A stretch of 64,000 nt of DNA from Hydrolagus colliei (taxonomy: Eukaryota), in NCBI GenBank assembly GCA_035084275.1, contig CM068749.1, forward strand, positions 18,228,001 through 18,292,000. Direction: 5' to 3'. Shown here piece after piece: positions 25,301-39,149 of the stretch. A program made the position numbers and the translations under genes. Numbering within the stretch: the first letter of the stretch is position 1; the number at the start of each line of letters is the position of its first letter. The notes below the pieces were generated by a model, which saw nothing but the letters and a program-made list of their open reading frames with translations, searched no databases and had not been told where the DNA came from.

Positions 25301-28300
25301 CAGCCACGGCAGTTATTATGACACGGAACCAGACAAAGGACTTGTATACTCAGATGATAAGTGGAGCCCAAACCATAGAGAGCAGGTATGACAATAGATA
25401 AACTGATTGGCATGAGTATTTTTCACAGATTTTACAAAAGTATTAAATATTAAATTGTTGAAAATATTAAGAACTCGTGTTTTCTTTTTTTGGTAGTCTG
25501 CACAAGCATCTTGTGGAACATTTGAATGCAGAAATAGTTCTGCACACAATTAGTGATGTCAATGTAGCTTTGGAGTGGATACGATCAACATTTCTTTACA
25601 TAAGAGCTCTTAAAAACCCAAATTACTATGGTAAGATTCAGAATGTTGCTCATTGCAACAATGTTCTTTGATTTCTATGACTTCAGTATCCACGCTTTAA
25701 ATGAGAATTGTTCCATAATCAAGCCTTTAATCTAGAGTCAACAATACTGCTTCCGGCTGCGTATTACTAAAATTACTAAAATACTGTCTGACCAGTGACA
25801 TTTTCCCAACATGAAAGGCGCTATATAAATAAGTTTGTTGTTGTGAACAAAAACTTCAAATGTTTTAACACTTTATATCGAAACATTGAAACGTAGGTTT
25901 CAACCACAGATAAGCAGATCCCAGACTGACTGACAAGAAAAGTGTTTTTTTTCTATTTATTTAAAAATTGCTGCCTGTATTTTTCCACGAGAATAAGGAG
26001 GCATTTTTTTGTTTTACATATCTGTTGAATTAGCAGAGTTTATTCATTCTGATTGTTTTCAAGTTTTCAAGAGAGCAGCTCGCCTCAGTTTGACACACTT
26101 TCAATGTCAAATGGTCCAATTGAATTCAGAATTTCACTATATGGTGAATGTCCCATCCTTTATATTTTTAGTCTTTCAGATGAGCACAATAATAACACAT
26201 TCTAAGCATTTAGTTACTACTTTTAACATTTGAGTTTTAACAGGCATTAAATATTAAATAACATACCCCAAATAGGCAACGCATTTTTAAAATCAACAAA
26301 AATCTACAAAGGTTGTGGTGATTTAGGACATGCCTTTCATCTTGTGTTTTCCAAGATTTTGCTACTGGACTCGATAGAGCTGGAATTGAAGCAAAGTTGC
26401 AAGGTAATGTACATTATTTTTACCTTTGAAAACATTCTCCTGATATTAATATGGCCACATTAATATTTTTCAACAATCAACACAAGGGCAGGAGTTGAAA
26501 GCCATTCTCTTGCTCCATTGATTTGACATATAGTAAAATTAAAAAAAGGTAATGGTATATAGTACATTCAGATGCTTGCTGAATCAGTAATGGGGTCCTT
26601 ATATTTAAATGTGGGGGTCCCCAAAACATGATGTAATATTGTAGTGATGTTATCTCCACAGCAGTCTCTTATTGGCACTGCTGGGCTGAGATTCCATATG
26701 GTAATGAAAAAGTAGATTTGGATACAAGTGTACATGTTTTATTAATGCGGATTTGCCAGATTTTACCTCAGATTTTATGACTTGGAAATACTGCACTAAA
26801 TGTTAATATATTTGTGTTGTATCTTTTGTGTGCTTATTTTTTATTGGAGCATCACCCGTTGTGGCAATAGCTCTATCTGGTTTGGGTAAGGAACAACATA
26901 ACATGTTTCTTAGAACATTTCAAATAATACATAACTGGCCGGATGAATTTAACTGTTATTGTGTATTAAAAGCTGTCTCTTTATTGATGCAGAATTGTGC
27001 CTGAAGAATTTGCATGCATTGTCTTCCATTGATTTGATAAAGATGGATGAAGAAATCAATTTCAAGCCTACAGGTGAAATTGCATTTCTCTAATTAACTG
27101 CAATTTTTTTCTTTTTTTAAAACAATTGTCAAAGTAGGCCCCATTTCTGGCTGTGGACTCTAGTAATTGTTTTCCTTCTGTTATTTTACAGAAATTGGAA
27201 AGTTGATGGCTCGATATTGTATTGCTTTTGATACAATGAAGCTTTTTCAAATGTTCACTGGAAATGAAACCTTAGCTGAAATGGTATTTTTATGCAATTA
27301 ATATATAAAGTAGAAAATAAAAAGTCTTAGTTGATTAAGTATGATACAAACCCACCATTTCAGATTTCAAAGTACTAAAGTGTTATACTTTACAAAAACT
27401 TATGTTTCTCTTCCATGTGTTAATTGATAATACTGTACTATGTTATTTCACCAATTTTATATTGGTATTTCGAATTTCCAGCATGCAATTTTTTTATCTC
27501 CAGTTTGGAAACAGTTTTACTGACATATTTTGTATGGTAGGTTACACTGATCTCTAAATGCAAAGAATTTGCAGTTGTTCAGCTGAGAGTCAATGAAAAA
27601 AAGATTCTTAATACACTAAACAAAGACAAGAACCGTACTACCATTAGGTATGTGTGATTCCTTTAAGATACTTGATTCAAATGGTCATTATTTTAAGTGA
27701 CAAAAGCAAATCTAAGAACACAAAAATAATTAATAGTGAATAGTGTCATGAGACTTTTAACATCCATTTGTGATGATGCACTATAATCAGTAAAAAGTTT
27801 CCTTATTCCACACATCTCCTTTCGCCAGCAGTAAGTGGGAAGCCACTTGTTGTAATCCCTTCAAAATACAGTAAAGATGTAATAATAATGTGGTCACTCA
27901 ATTCAACACTGCAATTGGCTGCCACATTTCGCGCTCAAAATACATGGTCACTAACTACACTTTACAGTATATCGTTTGAAGCACTTTGAAACGACTCAAT
28001 GACCTGATAAGGAGCTATATCAAAAGCAAGGATTATTGTAAAGTTGTTATGATCTATTATTAGCTTCCGTCTCATGATATTTTCTCTATATACTTTTATC
28101 AGTAGTGTTGAAAACTGGATATAATATAAATATAATGAATAATGAAAAGATATCAAGATCTTAATTTAACAACGACAAGAATTTAGATTTATATAGTGCC
28201 CTCCACGCCGGACAGCGTCTCAAATTTAGAGCACAGAAGAGTTATAGTGCTGGTGAAAATATGTGAAAACAATACAAAAGCGATTTATGATTGATCCATA

Positions 28301-31300
28301 GTTTATTTCCTATAAGATTTATAAACGGTTCAAATATTTTTAGAATAATCCATCGGATTATTAAAAGAAAAAATTATACAATATTCCTTTTGATAAACAT
28401 AGCCATTCGTAGTTAAATCTCTGCTCCAAAATTGTATTGATCTTTTTATTTTCTTCTTCCTTTAATACAGGTATCCAATGGAAGGGAAGATTCGAACAAA
28501 TGAAATGAAAGTGAATTGGTACAAAAATGACAATTTGGATATTCTTAATAATTTATCATCGAGCAGAGAATAATTTCTCATATCTGTTGAACAAATGTTT
28601 AAATTCTTTATACACTGAACCCCATTTCCTACAATTGGGTTAATCTGTAACGTATGGACCCCAACATTTTTCTTTTCCATTAATTTTACAGTATATTGTT
28701 TCATTCATTATTTTGTATACATCAATGGCTTCCACAAATTAATAAAAAGGCTGACTTTGGGTCATCAAATTACCCACAATGTCACTTCCTGGATTTTTGC
28801 ATGGGCAGCATATAAGTTATGACATTGGTTACCTGATGACCCAGAAGTCTGCTTTTTTTTTCTTGTGCAAAAGTTGACTGCACACTGCAGTGAATGTGGA
28901 AGTGGTGATCAGAGATTTGCATCCCTAAATTGTATTATTTAACTACCATGTGTTTTTTTTTTAAAAGCATTTTATTTAAAATATAATGTTTTATTTCATT
29001 ACAGTCTAATTCAGGCCCAATTAGGATGTATTTCAATACAAGATTTTACATTAACTCAAGACACAGGCAAGATATTTAGAAATGGTCTGAGAGTCACCAA
29101 GTGTAAGCAAATTTTCAATTGTTTTCAATTAGTATTAATTATTATCTTTAATTTGGTATGAAGGCCTCATTAGATGAATAATGATCAAAATTTGAATATT
29201 AATTGTAGTTTAGAATAAATGTAAAGATGTTAATGTACTTAAATATTAATTATGTGAGGCATTGTTATCTACAAATATTTTTTAATATAATAATTTAAAA
29301 TATGTATATTCTTTCCAGTGAAAAATATTTAGAGGCTAAAAGCTTTTAAAAAATTATAAATTAAATATTTTGTACTTGTAGCTACTTTCTTTTTCTTTAT
29401 CTCCTTGACAGTTGCTTCAGTGTTCAATGTAAATAAATGAAAGAGCAGGAACATTTATTTAGTATATTTTTCATTCATTATTTTGTACACATATTTAATC
29501 AATAGGTCTATCCGAAGTGTTTGAACAACAAGGAAAATGCTTTTCAATGTTGTTGAATGCACTGATTCTAAATAAATGTTTTAGTGCTAAACTTTGGGAT
29601 AACTCTACATATGTGTCCAGACAACTTGAAAAGATTGGTAAGTACTGTATATACCAGTACCTTATAGCATTCTTTGAGGGGATCTGGTTTATGTGTTGTA
29701 TCCAAGAGACTGATTCATTAATTCTATATATTTTTAAAGTAGATATAGTAAACTTTAAGCGTGAAAATAATTTTCTGTGCCTGATTTTCATAGCTTCCCT
29801 GCTCTCAGTCTTTTTCTACAATTTTTTGTAATGTTAACATAACATATTTCTGAAATGTATTCAATAATGTTTAACTATGATGGAAAATATAATAATAGTT
29901 GTCAACCCATTTACAGGTGCTACTCTGTCAAATGCTATGGTTAATGCTGGACTCACCACGTTTCAAAAGATAGAAGATACAAACGCAAGAGAACTAGAGC
30001 TGGTAATTCTGGTTCCATTCTATGTGTTATTAATTGCATTACAGTGATTGAACAATAAATAAGTTGCTATTGATGCTGGGTGGCACAATGAATTCTCATA
30101 ATGATCCTTTCAGATCTGGGTTTGACATTTACCAACATGATAATCCTTCACATGATAATTTAAGGGACAGACTAGGGTTCCTTTTCTTTAAAGGTAAATA
30201 ACAGTATCAAATGAAATTAAAATTTGAATAGTTTATATCCTACTCCAATCATTCCAGTACCCAGAACAATCCAAAATGTAATACTAAGTGACATAATTCT
30301 CATGATCACATTCTTACATTTTGGAAATTAATTGCCATTTATGGTGTGCTGTATTTTCATTCCAAATGCCACAATAGAATTACAATTGTAAGAGACATGC
30401 TGGCTTGTACAGCTTCCATATACAATTATTAATTACACATTGGTTTTACAGATTGGAGAACAAATTCCTTTCCTTCAGGTTATTACATTTAAAATAACTT
30501 AATGTGAGCATTTCGTTTTATTACAAAATAGACCAAATTACTGTAATATCATTCCATATTTCAAGAATGCAACATGTTATTGTCCAAACAAATTACTGTA
30601 CTATGTTATAGAATGTTCTTTAGTCTTTGTGTACTATGACGTATTACTCAAGTCAGGTGTGCTATTTCTCTTGGATTGTTAGTGAGTACACTCATTTAGC
30701 AACCTTATTCCCACATCATTCATGTATGTTAATTTTTGTAATAAATGTTTGAAATTTATGTATACATAAACATTATTTATAGATTGTGAACAGACACCCT
30801 CCTTTTGGAAACCAGATAAAAGATGCGATTATTCATCTCCCAAAGTATGAACTCAATGTGGAACAGGTGATCGTATTTTGCAAACTTTTTATGTTATTAT
30901 AGAGTCAGTTTCGTACTCACACCGATGAGCATTCCTTTGAGCATACTTGTGAGAAATGTGTGAATCTTTAGCATTTGCAATATTTAGTAGCCATTGTGTT
31001 TATTATGTACAAATTGAATTTCAAGTTATTGAGTAGTAATAGAATCATTAATTACTAGAAATTCATTACTAGATAGGACCTATGATCTAAACAATATGAA
31101 TTAATATTAGGTTAACTGCAGAACTTATTAATATTAGAATATTTTGCTTTTGAAGATCGCAAGATACCATGCTTCTGTGTCAGAAATCCTAGTTACAGTC
31201 AATTTAACAAATTATGAACAACTTCAGAAAAAGAGAACAGCGCCCGATAATCACTTCACTTCAATAATCATAGGAGATGCAGATAATAAAGTTGTTTTCA

Positions 31301-34300
31301 AACAGAAAATCACGTAAGTATCTAAACTATATAAGGTCACATTTCATGCACTGTCATCTGGTTGAAAGTAAGGAAAATTAAAAGATGTTTGGGTATAACT
31401 AGACAGATATCAATTATAGCTAGTAGATTGATATTTTCAGGGCCTTGGGACGTCCTCTCGGCGTAAAAGGCGCTCTATCGATGTAATTTTGTTGATACAT
31501 GGTATATTGGGTGCCTTGTTTCACCCACAAAAGAAAATACAGTCAATTCACTTTACAGTAATTCTGTAATATCAAATGCAAGGATTATTATTGTTATTCA
31601 AATCTTCAGGAACTACAATAATATGATTAAGAATTCTTAAGATATCCTGGTGCTTTGCATGGGAAAGTATCACCAAGGTATCGCCAATTTTTGAGAAGAA
31701 TAGCACCTACACCGAAACAATATTATAGTAGATGTAGATAATAACAAACTTATTGCCTTAAATAACCTACAGTAGCAGTTATTTTGACAATGGATGGATC
31801 ACATAAAGAAAAGAGTTGAATTCTAACATTTTACTTTTAATCAGGGATTCACTTTTGCTGAAATCAGGAAAATATACAAAGAAGATTGAAGTAAGAAGAG
31901 CCCTTAAAGGAGAAGAATTAAGCATTAAGCTCATCAGCTCTGACTATGGTAATTTATGATTTGTACAAAATACATAGCCACAGTAAATTATATGAGGTCC
32001 TCCTGTATCTAGAAAATTGGCTCTTGATATATCATTTTGTGTTCTTTTTCGGCTATAATAAACATTCATTGTCCACTACCTGATAAGTAAATACATGAAG
32101 AAGTCGTTTTTTTCTTTCAAAAGGGCAAAATACCTGGTCATTTCCCTTTGAATATCTGGCATATCATTTGGGATTTTTTGTCTATTTCGTCCAAATTGTA
32201 ATCCTAATTTAGGTGCCCTGAGTCTTTCGACAATGCTCGGAAAAACCATCTATCTCTTCATCAGGGGATACTAATCATTATAGCCCATAATGAAAAGAGA
32301 ACTATGTTTTCTTAAAATATGTGTAGATTTTATAAATTTTTATTTGATGGTTTACTTATTTTATATCTAGTTGGTCTTGACATTCAGCAGACATATAAAG
32401 CAGTGTACTCGGGACCAGGAAGACTTGCAACTCATATTTATGAAAAACATGATATAGAATGTACACAATCAGCAAAACAAAAACACACAGGAACTCCAAC
32501 AAGCCTCACTGTTAATGCAACTACAGGTATCTCTTGCATTATTTCCTGTTAAAAAGTTTGAATTATTAACAGCTATTACTGTATATAATTTATAGTATTT
32601 TGTGTTTACATTCCTACAAAGAATGATCACATGGAAAACTGAATCATGTGGTATATTAAAGAATCATTGCTACATATGTGTATATATTTGCTGTAAAGAA
32701 TGGAACATTTGGAAGACTTGTACATCATGATCTACTCCGAAGGGACCTCAAGTACACATTAAATTATCCCATAATAATGTCTACTTTCTTGTCTCTATTT
32801 CATATTTTAAAATACAGGATTAGCCAGAGAAAGTACTTGTCCAGAATCTGGAAAACGACAATGTAATCATTATTGCAAGAATAAAGATACATGTGGTCAT
32901 GAGTGTTGTAAGTGATAATGAATAGGCATTGATAAGAGGTTTACTTGCATATTAATATACTGGAAATGTTTCAGTATATAGCAAAATTTGTGTTCTTCAT
33001 CTTGAAAGACTTTACAATGTTGGCTGGTTAAATAAATACAGCTTTTCTACCTTAAATTAAAAAAAGAAATTGGTTCAGGCCTACAAAAGCACTAAAAAAA
33101 ATTGAGTTCCATATCATGAAATTATTATCAGTCTACTAAGCGACTGCCCTGGATGATTCAAATATTCTCCTACAAAGTTTTAATATGAAACAGCAATCTT
33201 CCTAGAATGTCACTTTCATGAGTCTAGCAGCCATGCTACTAAAAGATAGATTACCGCATCACAAGTACACCTGTTCCACTCATTAGTTGCTTACTGGGTA
33301 AAGAATCCCTTGGTGTATTTGTCCTGAACTTGTCTTTTACAACTCTAAACCTATATCCTCTTGTTCTACTGTCGTAATGCATTTCCAAAGTATTGTTCTT
33401 GGTTTATTTTTTCAATCCCATTTGAAATATACGCTGCTTTGGTTCCCTCACTGATCTCTCAAGACTCAAGAACCCAAGCTTGTCTAGTTGTTGCTCAGAG
33501 CTCATTCCTTTAGCACTGAGGATCATCCTCGTTACTGTGCATTACCTCAAGGCCTGGGCAACCCTCTTATGTTGTGGGGAGCAGAACTGTATACAGAATT
33601 CAAGACGCTGTCTGATCAGAGCACTATAGCCTGACTCTGGAGATCTAAGATCTGCTGATTTAACAATATAGCATAAGAACATAAGAAGCAGGAGTAAGTT
33701 GTTCGGCCCCTCAAGCCTGTACCAGCATTGAATAAGATCATGGCTGGTCTTCTATCCTAATTCCATTTACCCACCCTATCCCAATATCCCTAAAAATCCT
33801 TCAGCTTTTCTATCGATTTTCAATATGTTCAATGACAGCATCCACAGCTTTCTGGGGTAGAGAATTCCATAAGTTCACTACCCTCTGAGTGAAGAAATGT
33901 TTTCTCATTTCTCATAGCAGATAAATCCAACTCAGCACACAATACTAAATATATGTATTAGCTGTTCTCGTTAAGTTATTTTTCTAATGTGAAATATCAC
34001 TTGTAGGTAAATTTGGTGTGACGGTTGCATCCAGTTTTACTCGTACAACAAAAATGATCTCCTACCTTAGTGATCTTAAAAGCAGAAATGAAACGTTCTC
34101 AGCTCCATTAGTTAAACGACTAAAGGTAATTTTTCAATGCTATAGTAAAATATCAAACAGATATATATTTTTAAAATTAAACCTAAGTAATTAAAATATT
34201 GTATTTTGTCTTTTTTTTCTAATAGATGCATATCTTCAATGAAGCACAAGAAATAAACCTTCAACAGTTTGCATACACACAAAAAACTCCATTGTCAACA

Positions 34301-37300
34301 TTACCCAGGTAATGAGGTAGTTATAGTAAATCTAAGGTAATCAGTTGCAATTATAGTCAGTACTATACTATTATAATTGCAACCATGGACTTGCTCCCCA
34401 CCTACCTCTGATTTCATAACCCCATATCAGCCTCTCCCTCTGCTCTGTGGCTACAGGCCTGCTTCATGTCCCCTGCACTTCCCTCCCCACCTTTGGAGGT
34501 TGGTATTCAGTGACTCTGCCCCACATTCTGAAATGATCCCACCATCTCTCCTTCATGTACTGTCCGATCCTTAGGCCGCCCTTCTGGCTCCAACTCCCAA
34601 CTCAGATCCAAAACTCCTGATTGTCCAGTGCCCTGGGATGTCTTTCCAACTTGAAGGACGCCATACAAGTGTACGTTGTATTTGATGTTCTCTTTTTGTT
34701 TTGTTTTTAAAAATGTAGAACAAAACTTAGTCCACCAGCTAAAGTGTGCAAATGGGATCCATTTGACGTCAATACAAAAGCTCACCAACAGGAGGAATAT
34801 CATAACAAAGGTGGTTTTCCAGATAATGGAAATAATTTTACATACTGATGGGGCAAGGACTATCTCAGTGAAAACACATTCACAGTTAGCGATGTCAATT
34901 TGCGATGACCAAGTGTAGTTGGTTATATCAGTTGCAACATTTTAAATCGTTTGTTGCAAATGAATTGGGAAATAACTCTTAATTACTGAGAAATTAATGC
35001 TGTGTCCCATTTGTTATACATATTTTGTTTAGTGGGGAGTAGGAGAGTGTTGTATGTAGATGGTTTCCAAATCATAGATTATTTGTACAGTTTTATTGAT
35101 TTTAAAATTGGATAATTATGTTTGTGAAATATCAATAAAGAAATCACAAGCAACAATACAAGAAAACAAAAAAAAGGCCATATATATATTACTGGAGACA
35201 ACTCCACCACAATAAAGAAATCTCAACTAGCAATATTTATTTATTTGCTGTATAGTAATAACAAGTTTTCTTGCATTAACTAACACCAAGTGTTCCAGGA
35301 TACAATTCACATTACATGGTACAGTACTAGCTGATATTTATGAGTTGAAGTATTTTGGGTCATGTTTTTTTTTAAAGTGTTTTCAGATAAGCAGAGCAGG
35401 CACTCAGTCCCACTGAAATGTGTCACTCCAAGGCATTTTATAGTAGCAGAGTAGTAGTAAACGTTTTGCTTGGAGAATGGTGTGCACAGTATGGGCAATT
35501 TAAAAAAAAAAATTCTTGGTAGGAAAACAGTATTTGAATTGTGTTAAAAAAATTTATTATGAAAACATTCCACAGCTTTATCCCAACAAAATTCATCCTT
35601 CATTCCATCACGTCAAAATACACATGGTTATTTCAACTGCAATTCAACTGATGCAAATGAGAGTGGCTATTGGTCGTCCGAAGGGATGAATGTGAATTTT
35701 GAAATAGGAGAAGATGTGTGGGATGATTTTGACGATGAAAAGCTTCTATGTGCCAGCAATTTTGTTGGTGGTGAAGAAAACGGTTTTAAATCTGACACAG
35801 GTATTACAACTACAAGTTTCATTTGTATAGCACCCCTCATGCTGGATCAGATGTGGAGTTTAGTATGGATGTAGATGTGAGCAGCGGAATTTTGTATGTG
35901 TTTGAACTTGGAGAGATGGCAGAACCAGTTTCTTACAGATCATACATAAAATTGTATTGCAGAAAAGATTGCCACATATCCCTGTGATTTTTTAAAAATA
36001 ATCCCCAGATTTACTAATGCCACTTAAAGTGAGAAATTTACATGGCCTTTTGTTTGGGTAATAAAAAATAATTGTAAAATTGCACACTTAAAGTCTGAAA
36101 TTAGATATATTTTGATAGTGATTAAAATATTGAATACACCTATATACAGTACTTAGTACTGTTTTATTTCAACCTTTCCATAAGAAATGCATATGAACTG
36201 CATTTATTTACCTTACACTGCATATATGTTTCAGCATATTATACTTTATATTGTATTATATTTGATTGGTGATGCCTTGCCATTATGCTTAAAGGTACAA
36301 ATCAGCAATGTAACTTCAGAATGACAGAAATTAATATAAATTTGTTGATTAAATGTTCTGCATTTTGTTTTATTTATATAGGCTCTTCAAATGACAAATA
36401 TCCAGACTTAACAGAGTTCAACATATTGCCTAAAGGTTCTTTGGATATTTTTCAGAACCAAATATTTAATAACAAGTCCAAAGGGTAAGTTTTACAAAAT
36501 AATAACCTACTACACTAATTACTCTAGATGTACATATCAATAATTATATACTTTTGTGTATCATTTTTAAATGAAAAAAATTAAGAATATTTATATACTG
36601 TACATACTTAGATGCATTCCATTTGGGGTTTTGGATGTGGTTATTATGTGAATATATTATTTTTTCCATAATTGTAAATTTTAATGTGGATTTAAGTGCA
36701 TCTGAGAAACTGAGTAGATTGTGGGTAAGAAAACTGCCTTTTCAGCCTTTGGTAGCTGGATTCAAATATCGCCTTGTTTGATATGTTAAAAATCTTTGCA
36801 AGCTTAAAAGGGTAAGTGAAAATCTGTTTGGGTAATCGTCAGAATGGAAAATCGAATGAAAAATTGGAGAAGAATTAAGAAGCAGTCTATTAAGGGACTA
36901 AAACAAGTGTTCAAGTAAAACAAAATCTTTCATGCAATTTCATTCTTCTGTTTTACATATGCGTATTTTAATAAATGCTTTTGTTGATTTCATGGTGCTA
37001 TACATCTACAAAGAATGGAACAACAATGCTTGAATTCCAAATTACCCTTAAACTCATCAGTTAGAGAAACAGTAAGTTGTGACATAAAGATTAATCAAAT
37101 ACAACAGGCTGCTAACATAAAAAATAAGGAATTTCCTTCAGAGTCTAAAAATTGTAAAGAATCTTAGAATTGTCTCAATGTTCTAATGTATATAAGATGC
37201 TTAATGGGATAGAGAAAGCAAATCCAGAATAGGACCTGACAGCAAGACAAAGGGACACAAATTAATTGTTGTAAAGAACAATTTAAGACTGACATCAGGA

Positions 37301-37911
37301 AATATTTAATTACACAAAGGGATTAAGTAATCAATATCTGAAACAAAAAATGTGATATTTTTTAACCAAAATTACTCCCTGAAGAATGAATAATTTAACT
37401 TATTAAATAAAGACATTAAATGTAACAGGGTATATGCTGTACATCAAGACTCCACAAATAGATTTAGATGTAAAAACAATTTTAAAAAGATATAATTCCA
37501 TAAATGTTTTAATCATTTATAAAAAAATGTTTAACATTGTATTATTAAAGATGTTTAACTTTGTACTGCAGCCCACTTTCCCTGGAACTATTGATCACAG
37601 AAATCATGTGAACAGCTCAGAAGAATTTCTGACCTCTACATCTTGCCACCTAAATTCATTGAATGCTACCAAAGGCAGTGGGCCCTTAAATTGTTTCTAC
37701 CAGTATAATACTGAAACAGGATCCAGGTGGGATTTTAGTATTTAATTAAAAAAATTAGGATGAAAACTAGTAAAATAATTAAGCAATGCACCTGAGCAAG
37801 TCTGAATTTTAATTATTACATTATTTTGCATTTGACTCTTTTGTCTATTTCAGATGTCCTTCAGAAGAAGAATGTCATGCCTTCATTGGCATATTTGATG
37901 GTATATTTTAG
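13388..37911 (+). CDS. HFM1: HFM1 (MER3) meiotic ATP-dependent DNA helicase, 38 coding exons, ~1450 aa
   Basis: Exons: 13388-13458, 14263-14375, 14769-15090, 15519-15733, 17484-17531, 17953-18023, 21399-21531, 22522-22673, 23291-23368, 23552-23713, 23821-24021, 24113-24201, 24323-24366, 24460-24561, 24804-24949, 25291-25385, 25497-25630, 26356-26403, 26993-27073, 27192-27283, 27541-27647, 28471-28518, 29005-29102, 29506-29637, 29917-30002, 30783-30866, 31156-31313, 31845-31948, 32371-32526, 32818-32907, 34007-34125, 34226-34308, 34719-34810, 35576-35800, 36382-36484, 37014-37071, 37572-37726, 37854-37911. All introns are GT-AG with consistent phases; total 4353 nt. Motifs: N-terminal [14 protein letters not shown], Walker [26 protein letters not shown], Sec63 domain, Cys-rich [16 protein letters not shown], and the C-terminal GIFDGIF* of vertebrate HFM1. 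Exons 33-37 lie in a poorly conserved region and are less certain. Confidence 0.96.
16128..16845 (-). mobile_element. L2 LINE 3' fragment (frameshifted ORF2 C-terminus) in an HFM1 intron
   Basis: Minus-strand peptides [38 protein letters not shown] and [20 protein letters not shown]...[11 protein letters not shown]; (ttg)n-type tail at ~16128. Confidence 0.92.
17532..17952 (+). other. HFM1: U12-type (minor spliceosome) GT-AG intron of HFM1
   Basis: 5' splice site GTATCCTT at 17532; branch point CCTTAAC at 17932-17938, 14 nt before the end of the intron; no polypyrimidine tract. Confidence 0.9.
18616..18840 (-). mobile_element. L2 3' end fragment
   Basis: Minus-strand [31 protein letters not shown] plus the L2 tail. 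Confidence 0.85.
20206..21280 (-). mobile_element. L2 LINE fragment (~1.1 kb, degenerate RT region to 3' end)
   Basis: Minus-strand [15 protein letters not shown] and [33 protein letters not shown]; L2 tail at ~20206-20270. Confidence 0.92.
21870..22265 (-). mobile_element. Deu-domain-like tRNA SINE (minus strand)
   Basis: Reverse complement of 11482-12270: tgcactggagtgtca, gacagggccttggcttaac, and head ggggtttgaacc...gagtgctgccaact. Confidence 0.7.
22893..22951. repeat. Near-perfect 28-bp inverted repeat (hairpin) in an HFM1 intron
   Basis: aaattaatgcattaacgttactgtatta-tag-taatgcagtaacgttaatgcattaattt; one mismatch, which is a U-G pair in the sense RNA. Confidence 0.9.
33200..33912 (-). 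mobile_element. CR1-type LINE fragments (two adjacent degenerate pieces)
   Basis: Minus-strand [19 protein letters not shown]-like RT tail (~33570-33630). A second CR1 3' end starts cataagaacataagaagcaggagt...ggcccctcaagcctg at ~33672. Confidence 0.75.
34380..34680 (+). mobile_element. Degenerate L2 3' fragment
   Basis: cttgctcccc..acctacctctga, pyrimidine-rich tract and tail ctgggatgtctttccaacttgaaggacgccatacaagtgta. Confidence 0.7.
37170..37345 (+). mobile_element. Degenerate CR1 3' fragment
   Basis: [12 protein letters not shown]...TKGHKL...FKTDIRKY-like CR1 ORF2 C-terminal translation. Confidence 0.6.
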
Positions 37912-38647
37912 AATATCTTTCACTCAATTAAACTACAACCTTTGGAACAACAAATATGTTTGAGTGTTTTTGGCAGAGGAGTGTAACTATTTACCCCTTT
38001 TTCAGAAAATAGGGATTAACCTTTGCTGATTGCTAAATTAAATTTATCCCCACAATGTTACAAAATTTGAAAAATCCATTATGAATACGTATTGAAAAGT
38101 TCACAATTTTTAGTGGTAAACGTAGGTTAGTTTCCAATATTAAAGTTAGAACTAATTTTAAAGCAATGTTATATTTTAAATGCATAAGATACCTTTTGCT
38201 TGATTTCTAATGTGATTGTAACATATTTTCCTGGGTGTTCAAAATAAACAATTTTCTGAGTTGAAAAGATGAGTAATATAATTTATTAAACAATTGTTTT
38301 GTTATGGTAAAACAATAACTTTGGTCAGATGGTGAGAAGGAACAATTTATTTCCAGAGTAGCTAATGCAAAGGAATTTGGGTTGATAGCAGCAGTTAATG
38401 GAAACAATGTGTTCCTTACACTGTAGGGAAAACCATTACATGAGTCAATCAGACATTCCCACATAAATAAGACCTCCTGACCAGTTGCATATTGTCATTG
38501 GTGGAGGTCTAGATTTCACACAATTTATCTTCTCAGTTAGAAGATAGTGTTGCAGCTTGGAGTAGAGATAAATTTCCTCCAAGGAGCTTTCAACTAGAAA
38601 TGTTCAAGAAAGAGTTGACAAAGCCACCACCAAATTAAGTACATTCG

Positions 38648-38941
38648 TGGAGTCCTGTAGCTCAGTGGTTAGAGCATTCGCTTTGCAAGCAAAAGAGCTG
38701 GGTTCGATTCCAGGCTGGGCGAAACCTTGGGCAAGTTTCCTTATGCCACATGCCTGATAATAATCCCTCAAGAAAAAAAGGGACTTGAATCCACGACTGT
38801 GGAACATTGCTGTGTGCAATTGGCTGCCGAGTTTCTCCGGCAAATATTGCAGTCAGTTAACTTTACGGTGTATTCTGTGACGCTCTTTGAGACGTCCAGA
38901 AGACGTGATAAGGCACTGTTTCAAATGCAAGGATTATTATT
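38648..38941 (+). mobile_element. Full-length tRNA-derived SINE with L2-type tail
   Basis: A box TAGCTCAGTGG, B box GGTTCGATTCC, body (ccttgggcaagtttcctt...caattggctgccg) and tail caaatgcaaggattattatt. Confidence 0.9.
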
Positions 38942-39149
38942 GTGTCAATCGTCTCGAGAGTATTTTGAGCGACAGTAATTTAGGAATGTGGGGGAAAGGA
39001 AGAAGGTTTTACTGCTTAACCCGATAGGGTTGTTATTATTATTATGTTATTTTTCTTTTTTCTTAAATAATTATTTTGAAAATGATATTTTATGCACTGT
39101 GTGTGTGTACTACTGTACATAAATATATCCCCATTAAAAGTGTGGTTGC

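Noticed and set aside
32699-32751. Possible extra HFM1 exon between 32526 and 32818
   Set aside because: It has a stop in the required phase, and the flanking exons join in frame without it.
38650-38722. tRNA-like sequence with A and B boxes (also at 39680-39757, 43866-43930 and 11487-11545)
   Set aside because: The acceptor stem does not pair and each copy continues into SINE body and tail, so these are SINE heads rather than tRNA genes.
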